The notes below the pieces were generated by a model. The model saw only the letters and a list, made by a program, of their open reading frames with translations, was not told where the DNA came from and ran no database searches. Shown here one piece after another: positions 9,124 to 18,118 of a stretch of DNA of 64,000 bases. How positions within the stretch are numbered: the stretch's first letter is position 1; every line of letters begins with the position of its first letter. The stretch comes from a virus: IMG/VR virus record IMGVR_UViG_3300025699_000004; one strand, 5' to 3'. Both the position numbers and the translations under genes were made by a program.

Positions 9124-9199
9124 CGAGAGTAGCTCAGTTGGATAGAGCATCTGCCTTCTAAGCAGAATGTCGTGAGTTCGAGTCTCACCTCTCGTGCCA
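9123..9199 (+). tRNA. trnR: tRNA-Arg (UCU), CCA encoded
   Basis: Cloverleaf GCGAGAG...CTCTCGT, anticodon TCT; G1 is last base of upstream TAG. Confidence 0.95.
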
Positions 9200-9205
9200 T
9201 ATATC

Positions 9206-11248
9206 ATGAAAAGAAAAAGTAAATTACAAACAAATAAACCAAAAGGGTTCTTTAAGTTTCGAGACCCTCATCCTAATCTTGAGGGTTATGAGTTCAGCTC
9301 TTATACAAATAACCCCCCTTACTTTACTGAAAATTGGGTGAAGACCAGTTCTCTTCCTTGTAAAAAGAAAGTTAATTTACAAACTGGTAGCGAGCGAGGT
9401 TTTTATAAGTATAGGGACCCTCACCCAAAAATCGAAGGCAGATTGTTTTATGGCTATCAACCTAAGAAAAATAAAAAAGGCACATATGGTGAAATTTGGC
9501 AACCCAAGGATAAATTTGGTAAAGTACAAATAGTTTCTCAAACTGGCCTACCTATAGGCACTTTTAGTCGTGGCGATCCGCACCCTTCGATGGATGGCCT
9601 TTTCTTTTTTAATTACGACAAGCGCAAACATTTACCCAGAGGTAAAGGGCGCGAAACATGGAGGCCTTATCCCCCCAAAAGACCTTTCCCAAAGAAATAC
9701 CCTAAATGGACGAAAGAAACGGTATTAGAGCATTACTCACAATTATGTAAGGAAAATGGAGATGTTGCGTTTTCACTCTCGAACCATAAATATTTAAATA
9801 AACCATTGAGAGAGTTTTTTGGAAGCAAGGAAAATCTAGATAAAGAGCTCGGATATAAACCCTTAGTGGTTAATTGGACAAAGGAAAGCTTTGCAAAAGC
9901 CTATCTTGATAAATGTAAAGAAAATGGAGATAAACCATGGAAAATTCCAAGGGGGCATGCGTGGAAAGGTATGGTTCGAAAACACTTTGGAAGTATACAC
10001 GACTTAGAAAAACATGTCGGTTATGAACCAACTCAATTACGCTTAAGCAGGGAAGAGTGGATAGAGGAATATAGTAAAGTCTGCAAGGCTAATGGAGATC
10101 AAGCCCTTGGAAACTTAATGCTAAAATCTCTGGGCAGAGGTGAAATTTTAGGTGCATTCTCTAGATTTAATATCAGCAAAACGAAAGTAGATAAAGATTT
10201 AGGTTATAAGAATTTCCATACCTATCGAACGCCCGAAGAGACTTTTGAGGAATATAAAAATCTTTGCTTGAAGCATGGTGACAAGTCGTTAACAGTCACA
10301 GAAATGGAAATCTTAGGAAAATCAGATCTAAAAGGTGCGATCACGAGGCATTTTGGCAAAAAAACAAAATTAGACATAGAACTTGGATATTGCCCATGTA
10401 ATCTCTATAAACTATCTGATGGCTCTATTGTTAGCAGTGTTCTTGAAGTTATATTTGGAAATTTTTGTTTACATAATAATGTACCTTTTAAAACAAATGA
10501 AATAATTGACGAAAAAGCGAGTCGAAAATTTGAATATGACTTTTTAGTTCAGGATACCCATGGACAAGATTGTTATGTAGAGATATGGGGCTATGATCTA
10601 AAGAGGGACAACCCTCCTTCTGTTCAGCAAGCTTATCGAGAAAAAAGGTTAATTAAAACTGAATTTTATAAAGAAAGAGGATTGAAACTAATTGACATAG
10701 ATCCTGATATATTTCACGCAGTAAATTCAAAAAGAATACAGAATTCTCTTAAAGAGATGTTTATAAACCATTCTATAAAAATAAATAATTTTAAAAAAAT
10801 AGAGTCGGAAGATTTGATTAAATCAAAAAATAACAAGGTGTGGGATAAAAATAAAGTTAAAGAAAAATATCATTCAATTTGCTTGAAAAATGGTGATAAA
10901 TCAGTAAGCACGATTAAACTTAACGAGATGGGGGAAAAAGGTTTGGTTACTGCTATATTTCTCCACTTTGGAAAAAAGGGGAAAACCAAGCTAGATGCAG
11001 AATTAGGTTATGAAAATATTCTTACATACTGGACAAAAGAATCTTCTGCAAAAGAATTTTTAAAACTTTGCCACTTAAACGGCAATAAGCCTGTGTCAAA
11101 AAGAAAGCTGGAAAAAATGGGCAAAGGTGCATTATCTGGTGCAATTGATAAGCATTGGAGGTACAGGGGTGATTTGTATGCCTATTTAGGATACACTCGT
11201 GACTGCCTTAGGCTTCGCTCAAGAAAAAAATATAATAGAAAAAATTAA
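9206..11248 (+). CDS. Repeat-rich putative homing endonuclease (PD-(D/E)XK-like core)
   Basis: 3x DPHP repeats, 6x ~58-aa W.KE..C..NGD..FG..LD.ELGY repeats, central YDFLV...YVEIWG...K..FY; ATG 9206 preferred over GTG inside tRNA. Confidence 0.6.
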   Translation: MKRKSKLQTNKPKGFFKFRDPHPNLEGYEFSSYTNNPPYFTENWVKTSSLPCKKKVNLQTGSERGFYKYRDPHPKIEGRLFYGYQPKKNKKGTYGEIWQPKDKFGKVQIVSQTGLPIGTFSRGDPHPSMDGLFFFNYDKRKHLPRGKGRETWRPYPPKRPFPKKYPKWTKETVLEHYSQLCKENGDVAFSLSNHKYLNKPLREFFGSKENLDKELGYKPLVVNWTKESFAKAYLDKCKENGDKPWKIPRGHAWKGMVRKHFGSIHDLEKHVGYEPTQLRLSREEWIEEYSKVCKANGDQALGNLMLKSLGRGEILGAFSRFNISKTKVDKDLGYKNFHTYRTPEETFEEYKNLCLKHGDKSLTVTEMEILGKSDLKGAITRHFGKKTKLDIELGYCPCNLYKLSDGSIVSSVLEVIFGNFCLHNNVPFKTNEIIDEKASRKFEYDFLVQDTHGQDCYVEIWGYDLKRDNPPSVQQAYREKRLIKTEFYKERGLKLIDIDPDIFHAVNSKRIQNSLKEMFINHSIKINNFKKIESEDLIKSKNNKVWDKNKVKEKYHSICLKNGDKSVSTIKLNEMGEKGLVTAIFLHFGKKGKTKLDAELGYENILTYWTKESSAKEFLKLCHLNGNKPVSKRKLEKMGKGALSGAIDKHWRYRGDLYAYLGYTRDCLRLRSRKKYNRKN

Positions 11249-12189
11249 TCAATATAATTCTCTTTAAAATAATCGGCATGGTATAATTTTCGTACTTTAT
11301 TCCAATCTACATTTTTAAAATTTTCTTCGTATTTTTTTTCTAATAAATCCTGGGTTACATCTTGCCATTTATCCACAATTAAGAATGGCAAGCCATAGGA
11401 AGATAAATCATGATATACTGGATGATTAGTTACCACGGGAATAATTCCCATTAAATGTGATTCTTGCAGTTTTGGAGTTTGTATCCCCGCTCCTAAAGGG
11501 CACAGAAAATATTTATAGTTAGATATTGTATTGTAATATTCTGTTGGTTTACAGTTTATTAAATCAACCACGTTTTGTTTTTTTAAAAAATTTAATAAAT
11601 CGCGCCTATCTTTTATAGATTTACTTAATTTTGGCCATTTACTGCCAAAGCCACTTACTGCTAATTTTTCTTTTGGGTTGTTTGGTTCATTTATATGTTT
11701 CAGTGTATTTTGCGCTCCATTTCTTATTAAATATGCATGTATGCATCCCATTGGTAAAGCTTTAACATAACTACAATTTATATCCTTAGCTTCGTAATAT
11801 ATTTCCTCAAAATTTTCTTTTAGTTTTTCGATCCATTTAATTTTTCCTGTTAAATTGAAATCGTCCCCAAAAACAAAAAGTTTTTTATATTTTTTTGTGA
11901 TTTTTTCTAGCAATAGCTCTAGACAATCAGGATTACATAAAACATTTCCTTTTAAATTTTTATTAAATTTAATTCCTGTTTTGTCAATTATTATTTCAAA
12001 TAAATTGTAGAATTGCGGGCGAGTTTCTAAAAGCTGGGATTTTTCTGATACGGCGCCTTCGGCTGTTATAAAATCTTGCCCCCATGCACTAGATTTTTTG
12101 TATTTTTTGGGATTGTACCTGTATCCAATTACATCATGGATCTTATCGAACTGAATGTAATTTTTTAATATTTCTTTTTCTTCTTCCAT
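11245..12189 (-). CDS. Exostosin-like (GT47) glycosyltransferase
   Basis: YKYFLCPLGAGIQTPKLQESHLMGIIPVV matches exostosin F.LCP.G.G....R..E.L..G.IPV; start moved to MEEEK. Confidence 0.7.
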   Translation of the reverse strand: MEEEKEILKNYIQFDKIHDVIGYRYNPKKYKKSSAWGQDFITAEGAVSEKSQLLETRPQFYNLFEIIIDKTGIKFNKNLKGNVLCNPDCLELLLEKITKKYKKLFVFGDDFNLTGKIKWIEKLKENFEEIYYEAKDINCSYVKALPMGCIHAYLIRNGAQNTLKHINEPNNPKEKLAVSGFGSKWPKLSKSIKDRRDLLNFLKKQNVVDLINCKPTEYYNTISNYKYFLCPLGAGIQTPKLQESHLMGIIPVVTNHPVYHDLSSYGLPFLIVDKWQDVTQDLLEKKYEENFKNVDWNKVRKLYHADYFKENYID

Positions 12190-12854
12190 GAGGATTCTGC
12201 GACTGGCACACATTTCCCATCCTTTTCTTCGTATCCTTTTTTGCAATTTGGCGGATAACCTGCGTCTTCTTCAGCTTCAGCTTTCTTCTTGGGTTTTTGA
12301 GCTTGCTTTATTTGTTTTTGTGTCGGAGCTCCCTTGTCTCCCTTTTTTCTCATTTTTTCGCCAGAGCCATTTTTTATTCTCTTCCTTTTTTTGTGGATAT
12401 TATCCCAAAGCCCTTGCCTAGCGGCGGTTTCATCTATTTCATCTAAAATGATTTCTTCTATTTCTTTATCGTTTAATTCAATTTCCGAACCTTGTACTTT
12501 AGTTCCAGCTCGCCATTGCTTGCAAGACCAGTATCTAGCTTTATATTTTGGACCTGGATTATCGCAATTATGTCTAGCTCTAAATGATTTTCTTCTTGCT
12601 GGATCGTCTCTTTTAATTTCCATGTTTGGATCTCCGAAGTTTACTTTCACAACATTGCCTTTATCGTTTTTTACATAAACTGAAAATTTCTTCGGTCCTC
12701 CCGAAGTCCTAAAAGGTTTGTTGAGTTTTTTTCCTTCGTTTTTTTCTTTTGCCCAAATTCTTGTGGGAATAAATTCTTCGACTCCTTCTTCGCAGTCACA
12801 AAGAACCTTGCTTGCTTTGATTTTATCACTAAAGTCAATTTCTATTTTCTTCAT
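12165..12854 (-). CDS. Basic hypothetical protein with recurrent phage ORFan motifs
   Basis: VKVNFGDPNMEIKRDDPARRKSFRARHNC...ARYWSCKQW and GLWDNIHKKRKRIKNGSGEKMRK. Confidence 0.75.
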   Translation of the reverse strand: MKKIEIDFSDKIKASKVLCDCEEGVEEFIPTRIWAKEKNEGKKLNKPFRTSGGPKKFSVYVKNDKGNVVKVNFGDPNMEIKRDDPARRKSFRARHNCDNPGPKYKARYWSCKQWRAGTKVQGSEIELNDKEIEEIILDEIDETAARQGLWDNIHKKRKRIKNGSGEKMRKKGDKGAPTQKQIKQAQKPKKKAEAEEDAGYPPNCKKGYEEKDGKCVPVAESSWKKKKKY

Positions 12855-12868
12855 GTATGATTTTACAC
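12855..12868 (-). promoter_or_regulatory. Class II promoter motif GTGTAA-N8-ATG
   Basis: GTGTAAAATCATAC ATG. Confidence 0.55.
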
Positions 12869-13210
12869 ATAATTAAATTTTTTTCCACTATAAATCGCGC
12901 GTTCTAATCTTTTCTCTTTTTTTCTTTTTTTGCACACACACACAACTAATATTATTTTTTATTATTTTTTATTATTTTTTTTAATTTCCTTTTTTGGAAA
13001 ATAGTGTCGGGTATTTTTTTACTTTTTATTATAGCTTTTTTCTTTCTTTTTTTGTCTCGTTTTCAAAAACCCCGTACCCCCCCGTATTTATTTTATTATA
13101 TTATAATTAATAATTTTGTTTCAATATTGAAGAAAGGGCCCTACGGGCAATCTGAGAAAGTTGGATCGGTCAATTTTTCTAGTTAATGGGGTAGGGTTAT
13201 GTCTAGGCAT

Positions 13211-13241
13211 AAAAAAAGCCACGGATCCTAGGATCCGTGAC
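13211..13241 (-). terminator. Intrinsic terminator with perfect 20-bp palindrome
   Basis: CACGGATCCTAGGATCCGTG (13220-13239) followed by T7 on minus strand. Confidence 0.8.
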
Positions 13242-13264
13242 TATGTTATTCTTTAGCCTACTAC

Positions 13265-13822
13265 TTAGCTAGAAAGCATTTCATCAACTGCCTTATGGCA
13301 AAGGTTAATTGCCATGTTGGAACAGGCGAGAGCCGCGCTCCTCTCGGATCCGTTATGCCTCAGGCAATACTCCTCAAGAGCTTGGAAACTCTCAGGAGTT
13401 GCGAACAGATTGTTTGGAAGTAAAGGGTTGGAGGGAACAGGTCTGCCTGTGAAGAAATCGAGCTCTGTGGCAGAAGGGTTGAGCTTGCGAGCTTGGCGCT
13501 TTCCTCTCAGTATTGTGATCGCCTCCTGTAGGCTAAGAATAAGCTGTTCATTGTCTCGGATCTCTTGAGCTCTCTCTGTGGCTTTCTGAGCTTTCCTGTG
13601 CATCTCTAAGACAGATGCGCCAAGTAGTGAAAGTTCTGCATACTGCTCAGGATATCCTGTGTTATCTGAGCTATCTGTATAGGTTTCGATCAGTTTAGCA
13701 TCTAGGCAGTACTGAAAACATTTTCCGTTCTGTGTATCCATGTTCTGAAAGTCATTTGTCCAAATGCCTCCATCCTGTTCGGATACCATGTTGAGAAAGA
13801 TAACGAGTGTTTTTATGTTCAT
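13265..13822 (-). CDS. Hypothetical protein
   Basis: 185-aa ORF between promoter-like element and terminator. Confidence 0.7.
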   Translation of the reverse strand: MNIKTLVIFLNMVSEQDGGIWTNDFQNMDTQNGKCFQYCLDAKLIETYTDSSDNTGYPEQYAELSLLGASVLEMHRKAQKATERAQEIRDNEQLILSLQEAITILRGKRQARKLNPSATELDFFTGRPVPSNPLLPNNLFATPESFQALEEYCLRHNGSERSAALACSNMAINLCHKAVDEMLSS

Positions 13823-13866
13823 AGTAGTAATGTAGTAGTAGGTTAATAATGTTCAGACTCAATCTC

Positions 13867-14013
13867 TCACAGATCTAGATCCGTGTCAAACTCTTTTTGC
13901 ATTTTGTAGATACAGAGAGCAGAAGCAATCCAAGGCAGTAGTAAACTAAGCCCATTAGTAAGACCTGCCAAGAGGAACGAGGCGGGAACGATAGAGATGA
14001 TAATAAGTTTCAT
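13867..14013 (-). CDS. Small membrane protein (48 aa, below track cutoff)
   Basis: MKLIIISIVPASFLLAGLTNGLSLLLPWIASALCIYKMQKEFDTDLDL; ATG 6 nt after TATAGT. Confidence 0.55.
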   Translation of the reverse strand: MKLIIISIVPASFLLAGLTNGLSLLLPWIASALCIYKMQKEFDTDLDL

Positions 14014-14019
14014 GCTACT

Positions 14020-14049
14020 ACTATAGACATAGATCTAGATCCGTGTCAA
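14020..14049 (-). promoter_or_regulatory. sigma70-type promoter with GATCTAGATC palindrome in spacer
   Basis: TTGACA-18-TATAGT-6-ATG; AGATCTAGATCCGTGTCAA also at 13871-13889. Confidence 0.7.
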
Positions 14050-14140
14050 CACTTCTTTCGTTTAGTTTGTTCTGTTCGGATCTGCACGGACAAAGACACT
14101 TCCAACCCTCTTGGAAGTTTACTTTTTAACTTCCATCCGT

Positions 14141-14248
14141 AGATCTGCCTCAGATCCGTAGATCCGTAGATCTGCCTCAGATCCGTAGATCCGTAGATCT
14201 GCCTCAGATCCGTAGATCCGTAGATCTGCCTCAGATCCGTAGATCCGT
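14141..14248. repeat. Perfect tandem repeat, 4 x 27 bp (AGATCTGCCTC AGATCCGT AGATCCGT)
   Basis: Directly readable; 12 GATC sites in 108 bp. Confidence 0.95.
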
Positions 14249-14381
14249 AGATGCTCACGTAGATCTGTTTAGTTTGTTTAGTCTCTCTCTTGTCTCTTGT
14301 CTCTCTTGTTATTTTTACCTATTTACTTTCTTTCCTATTTTGTTCTATTTAGGTTCTATTTCGTTTCTTTCTATTTAGCCC

Positions 14382-14406
14382 AAAAAAAAGCCCCCTTTCG
14401 GGGGCT
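14382..14406 (-). terminator. Intrinsic terminator downstream of DUF932 gene
   Basis: AGCCCCC-GAAA-GGGGGCT then T-run. Confidence 0.85.
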
Positions 14407-14464
14407 TAGTCTTATGGCATTTGGCAACTCATAAAGATTGCCAAGGCTAGTATTCCAAGCAAGA

Positions 14465-15406
14465 TCATATCGCTAATACTTGAGTTATAGCATTGCGAAC
14501 CTTAGTAGGAAAGGCGCTATCAGCTAATGAGCGAAAGCGATTTTCTTCTCTAGAGGTTTGCTTGGTTTCTCTAGTGATTCGATCATGAGTTTGATAAGCG
14601 GTGAAAGCATTGAATGCGTCCCATGCGGTTTCACCAAATGCACCAAGGCGCTCGTTAGAGAATTGAGCCTTAGTCGCTTCCCTTGCGGTTTCAGCTTGCT
14701 TGCTTTCGCCCTTGAAAACGATTTCATTGATAAGATCGAATTCGCTTGGAGTCACTTCCCTAAGTGACAAGTCAGTGACGTCAGCGGTTAGATTGTGAAT
14801 GATTTGCCTAACTCCCGTTGCCTGCTCTAGAGCGGTTGCCATGATCGCCCTTTGATTGCGAGTATGCTTCACCTTAGCGATGCGAGTGCCCTTGTCCCAT
14901 GCCGCCATGCCATTGTCGCACCATACTCTAAGGATTTCGATTTGAATGATAGTAGCAAGCGAGCCGTCAAAGCTTGTTCTTGCGGTGACTCTAATCTCTA
15001 GAATATCGCCCTTTTTCCTATCGCCCTTGCTAGGCACTTCGATAGTCATATCCATTTTACCGCTGATATAAAGCTGACGCCCTTGGTGAGTAAAGCCCGC
15101 TGTATCATATTCGAAACCTAACTCTTCTTTTAAAGCATCTAAGAATGCGAATGCTTCAGTAGGTTGGAGCAAGTCATAAGTAGATGAAACGATAGTTAAA
15201 GGCTCGCCACGATCATCTTTGATTAGTTTAAAACCATTGCAAACGTGGTTAAGTGATTCAGTTGAATAATCGCCAACGTCTAACTTAGTCAATACGTCAT
15301 TAACGTTCTCGCTATCGCTTACGTCTTCAATGTTGAATGATCTTGGTGACAGGCGATTGATGCATTCAGCTATGCTTGGCGGTGTTGAATTTAAGAAGTA
15401 ACTCAT
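14465..15406 (-). CDS. DUF932/DUF945-family protein
   Basis: Y.LLQP.EAF, SFDGS...RVWCDNG, K.KHT, GETAWDAFNAFTAY..H. Confidence 0.8.
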   Translation of the reverse strand: MSYFLNSTPPSIAECINRLSPRSFNIEDVSDSENVNDVLTKLDVGDYSTESLNHVCNGFKLIKDDRGEPLTIVSSTYDLLQPTEAFAFLDALKEELGFEYDTAGFTHQGRQLYISGKMDMTIEVPSKGDRKKGDILEIRVTARTSFDGSLATIIQIEILRVWCDNGMAAWDKGTRIAKVKHTRNQRAIMATALEQATGVRQIIHNLTADVTDLSLREVTPSEFDLINEIVFKGESKQAETAREATKAQFSNERLGAFGETAWDAFNAFTAYQTHDRITRETKQTSREENRFRSLADSAFPTKVRNAITQVLAI

Positions 15407-15799
15407 TTTTATATCCTTATGTTTAGATTAATAATTAATTGTGAAACCATAGATTCGCATAAGTAGATAGTAACGTCAAATCTTTTTTTAATTAGTTTAA
15501 AATTGTTTTAAATAGATAGTTTTACCTTTGTTCTAATTAGTTTGTTTTTACCTAGTAAAATGCTCTAATCAAATAAGGCTCTAGAAAGGGCTTGCTTAGT
15601 CGATACGATACAAGGCTCACGTCTTACCTTGAAAACGATTTGATAATGTTCTAATCAAAGCAATTCAATAATGTTCTAGTTAGTTTGTTTATATATCTTT
15701 CTTGTTCTCTATCTTTCTATCTATCTATTTTATTTATTAGTTATTTATTTCTTTCTTATTTTGTTCTATTTAGTTTATTATTGATTTCTATTTAAACAC

Positions 15800-15824
15800 A
15801 AAAAAACCACCTTTTGCAAGGTGG
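15800..15824 (-). terminator. Intrinsic terminator
   Basis: CCACCTT-GCAA-AAGGTGG then T-run. Confidence 0.8.
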
Positions 15825-15851
15825 AAAGAATGATTTCTTTTTTTGGATTGA

Positions 15852-16358
15852 TTAATCTACAAGAACGTTTTCGCCTTGAATTCTCATTGAAAGAATGTTT
15901 TCAAGTTTAACGTCTCGCAAGATTACCTTTTTGGTTAATTCTTCTTGAGTTGAACTTTCTCTCTTTTTTGGCAAGAATTCTTCGATTGCGCTTTTTTCAA
16001 TTGGCGCGCCGTTTTCTAAGAAATAATTTACTTCAAAAGTTTTTTCAACTTTGCATTCTAAGTAATGATTTCCTTTGTGTTCGACAAGCGCGCTTTTTGG
16101 CAAGCGAATTCCCCAACGGCGCGGTTGAACTTGAAAATCAATATTCTTGTTTTCGCGTTTCGCTTGGTTTTCTAAAGAATTAGAATAATGGAATCCAATG
16201 TTTGCCAATAATCTTGTTTTCTTTAAAACCTTTCCGTATGGGTTTCCTGTTTTCTTTAGCCGCGCATCAGTTAAGATAGTCAATCCAATTAGAGAATGCC
16301 CAACGTAGTTGAGAAAGAACGTTAATAATTTATTCGTGGTATATGTAGTTTTAATCAT
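15852..16358 (-). CDS. Hypothetical protein (start moved to MIKTTY)
   Basis: TTGACG-17-GATAAT-6-ATG at 16358. Confidence 0.75.
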   Translation of the reverse strand: MIKTTYTTNKLLTFFLNYVGHSLIGLTILTDARLKKTGNPYGKVLKKTRLLANIGFHYSNSLENQAKRENKNIDFQVQPRRWGIRLPKSALVEHKGNHYLECKVEKTFEVNYFLENGAPIEKSAIEEFLPKKRESSTQEELTKKVILRDVKLENILSMRIQGENVLVD

Positions 16359-16797
16359 AAGTACATTATCGCATAACAAGTTGATTACGTCAAATAAAAA
16401 TAAAACTTTTTTTTCAAGGTAATTGAAAAGCAAATAATCCGACAAGAAAGATTAATCCAATTAAAATCATTTGTTCGCCTTTGGTATGGAGTCAATAGCT
16501 TGTTTCCTTGTATAATTAAAACGTTTCATGATGTATAAAATCATTTGTTCGCCTTTTAATTGTTTTGTTTGTTCGCTCATTGTCTTTTAATTATATTGTT
16601 TTATTCTTCCATGCAAGATAAATCATTCTTTCTTGCCAATGTTTAAAATAGATTGTTTCAATTACTTTTCCGTTTTCTGTAATCTCTAATATGTATTTGT
16701 TATTATTCATTTTTATTTTTCGCTTGTTATTTTGTTCTATTTAAAAAATTTCCTGTTTGTATTTGACGGAAAACAGGGAAAAACGTTTTTATTCTAT

Positions 16798-17085
16798 TTA
16801 ATTACTTAACACGTGCCAATCGTACAAGTCAAGCACTTTAGCGCCGTTATAATATTGTTCGTGATCTTTTTGATAAACATCGACATTTAAAATTCCTCTT
16901 AAACGTTCTCTCGTTGTAGCAGATCCCCAACCCGCAAAGGTAAAAAGAATTACGCCGCTTGGATCTCTTTTAATTATCTCATTACCACGATAAAAAACTG
17001 ATGTGCCATCAGTGAAATCATGATTGATTTTCTTTGTTTGCCGTGCGAAGAATGCTTCTTTGATTTTTTCTGTTACTTTATTCAT
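16798..17085 (-). CDS. Hypothetical protein
   Basis: ORF track; early-region orientation. Confidence 0.7.
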   Translation of the reverse strand: MNKVTEKIKEAFFARQTKKINHDFTDGTSVFYRGNEIIKRDPSGVILFTFAGWGSATTRERLRGILNVDVYQKDHEQYYNGAKVLDLYDWHVLSN

Positions 17086-17101
17086 TTTGTTTTTTCTCCT
17101 T

Positions 17102-17341
17102 TTAGTTATTTGAATTTAATCTAATATTGCGCGCATTTAATCGATTGTCAAATTCTTTTTCTGTAATGAAAAGATCCTCATTAAAAGAATAATAACAATG
17201 AGATTGTTCTACTACGTTATAAACGTATATATACCACCGCCCGCTAATTTCAGACGGGATCTCGTCGCCACCGCACGCTATTCTGTAAGGGTGTTGCCAC
17301 CCGCTTTTCCAATCGTAAGGACATTGTATTGTTTTAATCAT
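17102..17341 (-). CDS. Hypothetical protein
   Basis: Leaderless promoter, -35 at 17371-17376. Confidence 0.75.
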   Translation of the reverse strand: MIKTIQCPYDWKSGWQHPYRIACGGDEIPSEISGRWYIYVYNVVEQSHCYYSFNEDLFITEKEFDNRLNARNIRLNSNN

Positions 17342-17383
17342 ATAAACAAATTGCCACGTCTTTAATCTTACGTCAAATAAATT

Positions 17384-17614
17384 TTAATCTTTTTTAAAGT
17401 TTTTCTTTCCCTGGTAATTCTCAGGAAAAAGTTTAACGTGCAAACACATAAAACAAAATAAACTAATTAAATAGAATATAATTGAAAAGAGAAAAAACCA
17501 ATTAGAATGGTGCGAGGTAAAGGCAAAGTATATAATAAAAGATCCAATAAAAAACGATAAAGCTTGAACAATACAAAGGAATGAATCTTGTAAACTAGAA
17601 ATTAATATTTTCAT
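17384..17614 (-). CDS. Small two-TM membrane protein
   Basis: Two hydrophobic segments. Confidence 0.6.
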   Translation of the reverse strand: MKILISSLQDSFLCIVQALSFFIGSFIIYFAFTSHHSNWFFLFSIIFYLISLFCFMCLHVKLFPENYQGKKNFKKD

Positions 17615-17666
17615 TTATTTATTTTATTTAGATTATTTTTCTTTTTATTTTATTTAGAATAAATTA

Positions 17667-17700
17667 GCTTTTATTTAAGGGAAAAGCTTAAAACCTTCTA
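17667..17700. repeat. Duplicated ~33-bp hairpin module (second copy 18174-18206)
   Basis: GCTTTTATT(T)AAGGGAAAAGC(T/C)TAAAACCTT(C/T)TA just after two gene stops. Confidence 0.75.
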
Positions 17701-17706
17701 TTTAAT

Positions 17707-17892
17707 TTAAATCGGCAATTTCTTTAATTGAATTATTTCTTTAACTTGTTCCTTCCCAAGTCTTTGTTTTGCATCTTTTGCATTATATCCCCATTGCTCA
17801 AATTGAGATCCATCTTTTAGAATAATGAGATATGTACCGATTTGCTTTTGTGCTTCGGAGCGCCGTTCGTAGTAATCTTGATTTTTGTCCAT
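17707..17892 (-). CDS. Hypothetical protein
   Basis: TTGACA-17-TAGTTT-5-ATG. Confidence 0.7.
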   Translation of the reverse strand: MDKNQDYYERRSEAQKQIGTYLIILKDGSQFEQWGYNAKDAKQRLGKEQVKEIIQLKKLPI

Positions 17893-17935
17893 ACCATAAA
17901 CTAGTTTAATTAATTTGTTTTGTCAAATCTTTTTT

Positions 17936-18118
17936 TTACATATCCCACTCGCCCGCTTTTACGTTGTCGATGTCTTGCATAGCTTTATCGTAGGCAGTAT
18001 ATTCGCTTGTATCGTTTTTCTCGTCATCATACAATTCAAGTATATCACTTGCATACTGAGCATTAAATGATTCCTCTTTAACTAATCTATTTAATTCCTT
18101 TTTTAATTGTTCCCTCAT
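17936..18118 (-). CDS. Hypothetical protein
   Basis: ORF track. Confidence 0.65.
   Translation of the reverse strand: MREQLKKELNRLVKEESFNAQYASDILELYDDEKNDTSEYTAYDKAMQDIDNVKAGEWDM

Noticed and set aside
14141-14248. CRISPR array, or real 70-aa ORF (14046-14258, YGSTDLRQI repeats)
   Set aside because: Units are identical and contiguous with no unique spacers and no cas genes. The ORF is a by-product of a 27-bp (in-frame) period, lacks promoter/RBS support and overlaps the 14044-14049 -35 element.
14339-16742. LexA box (TGTTC-N4-GAACA type)
   Set aside because: Only half-sites seen; no complete palindrome.
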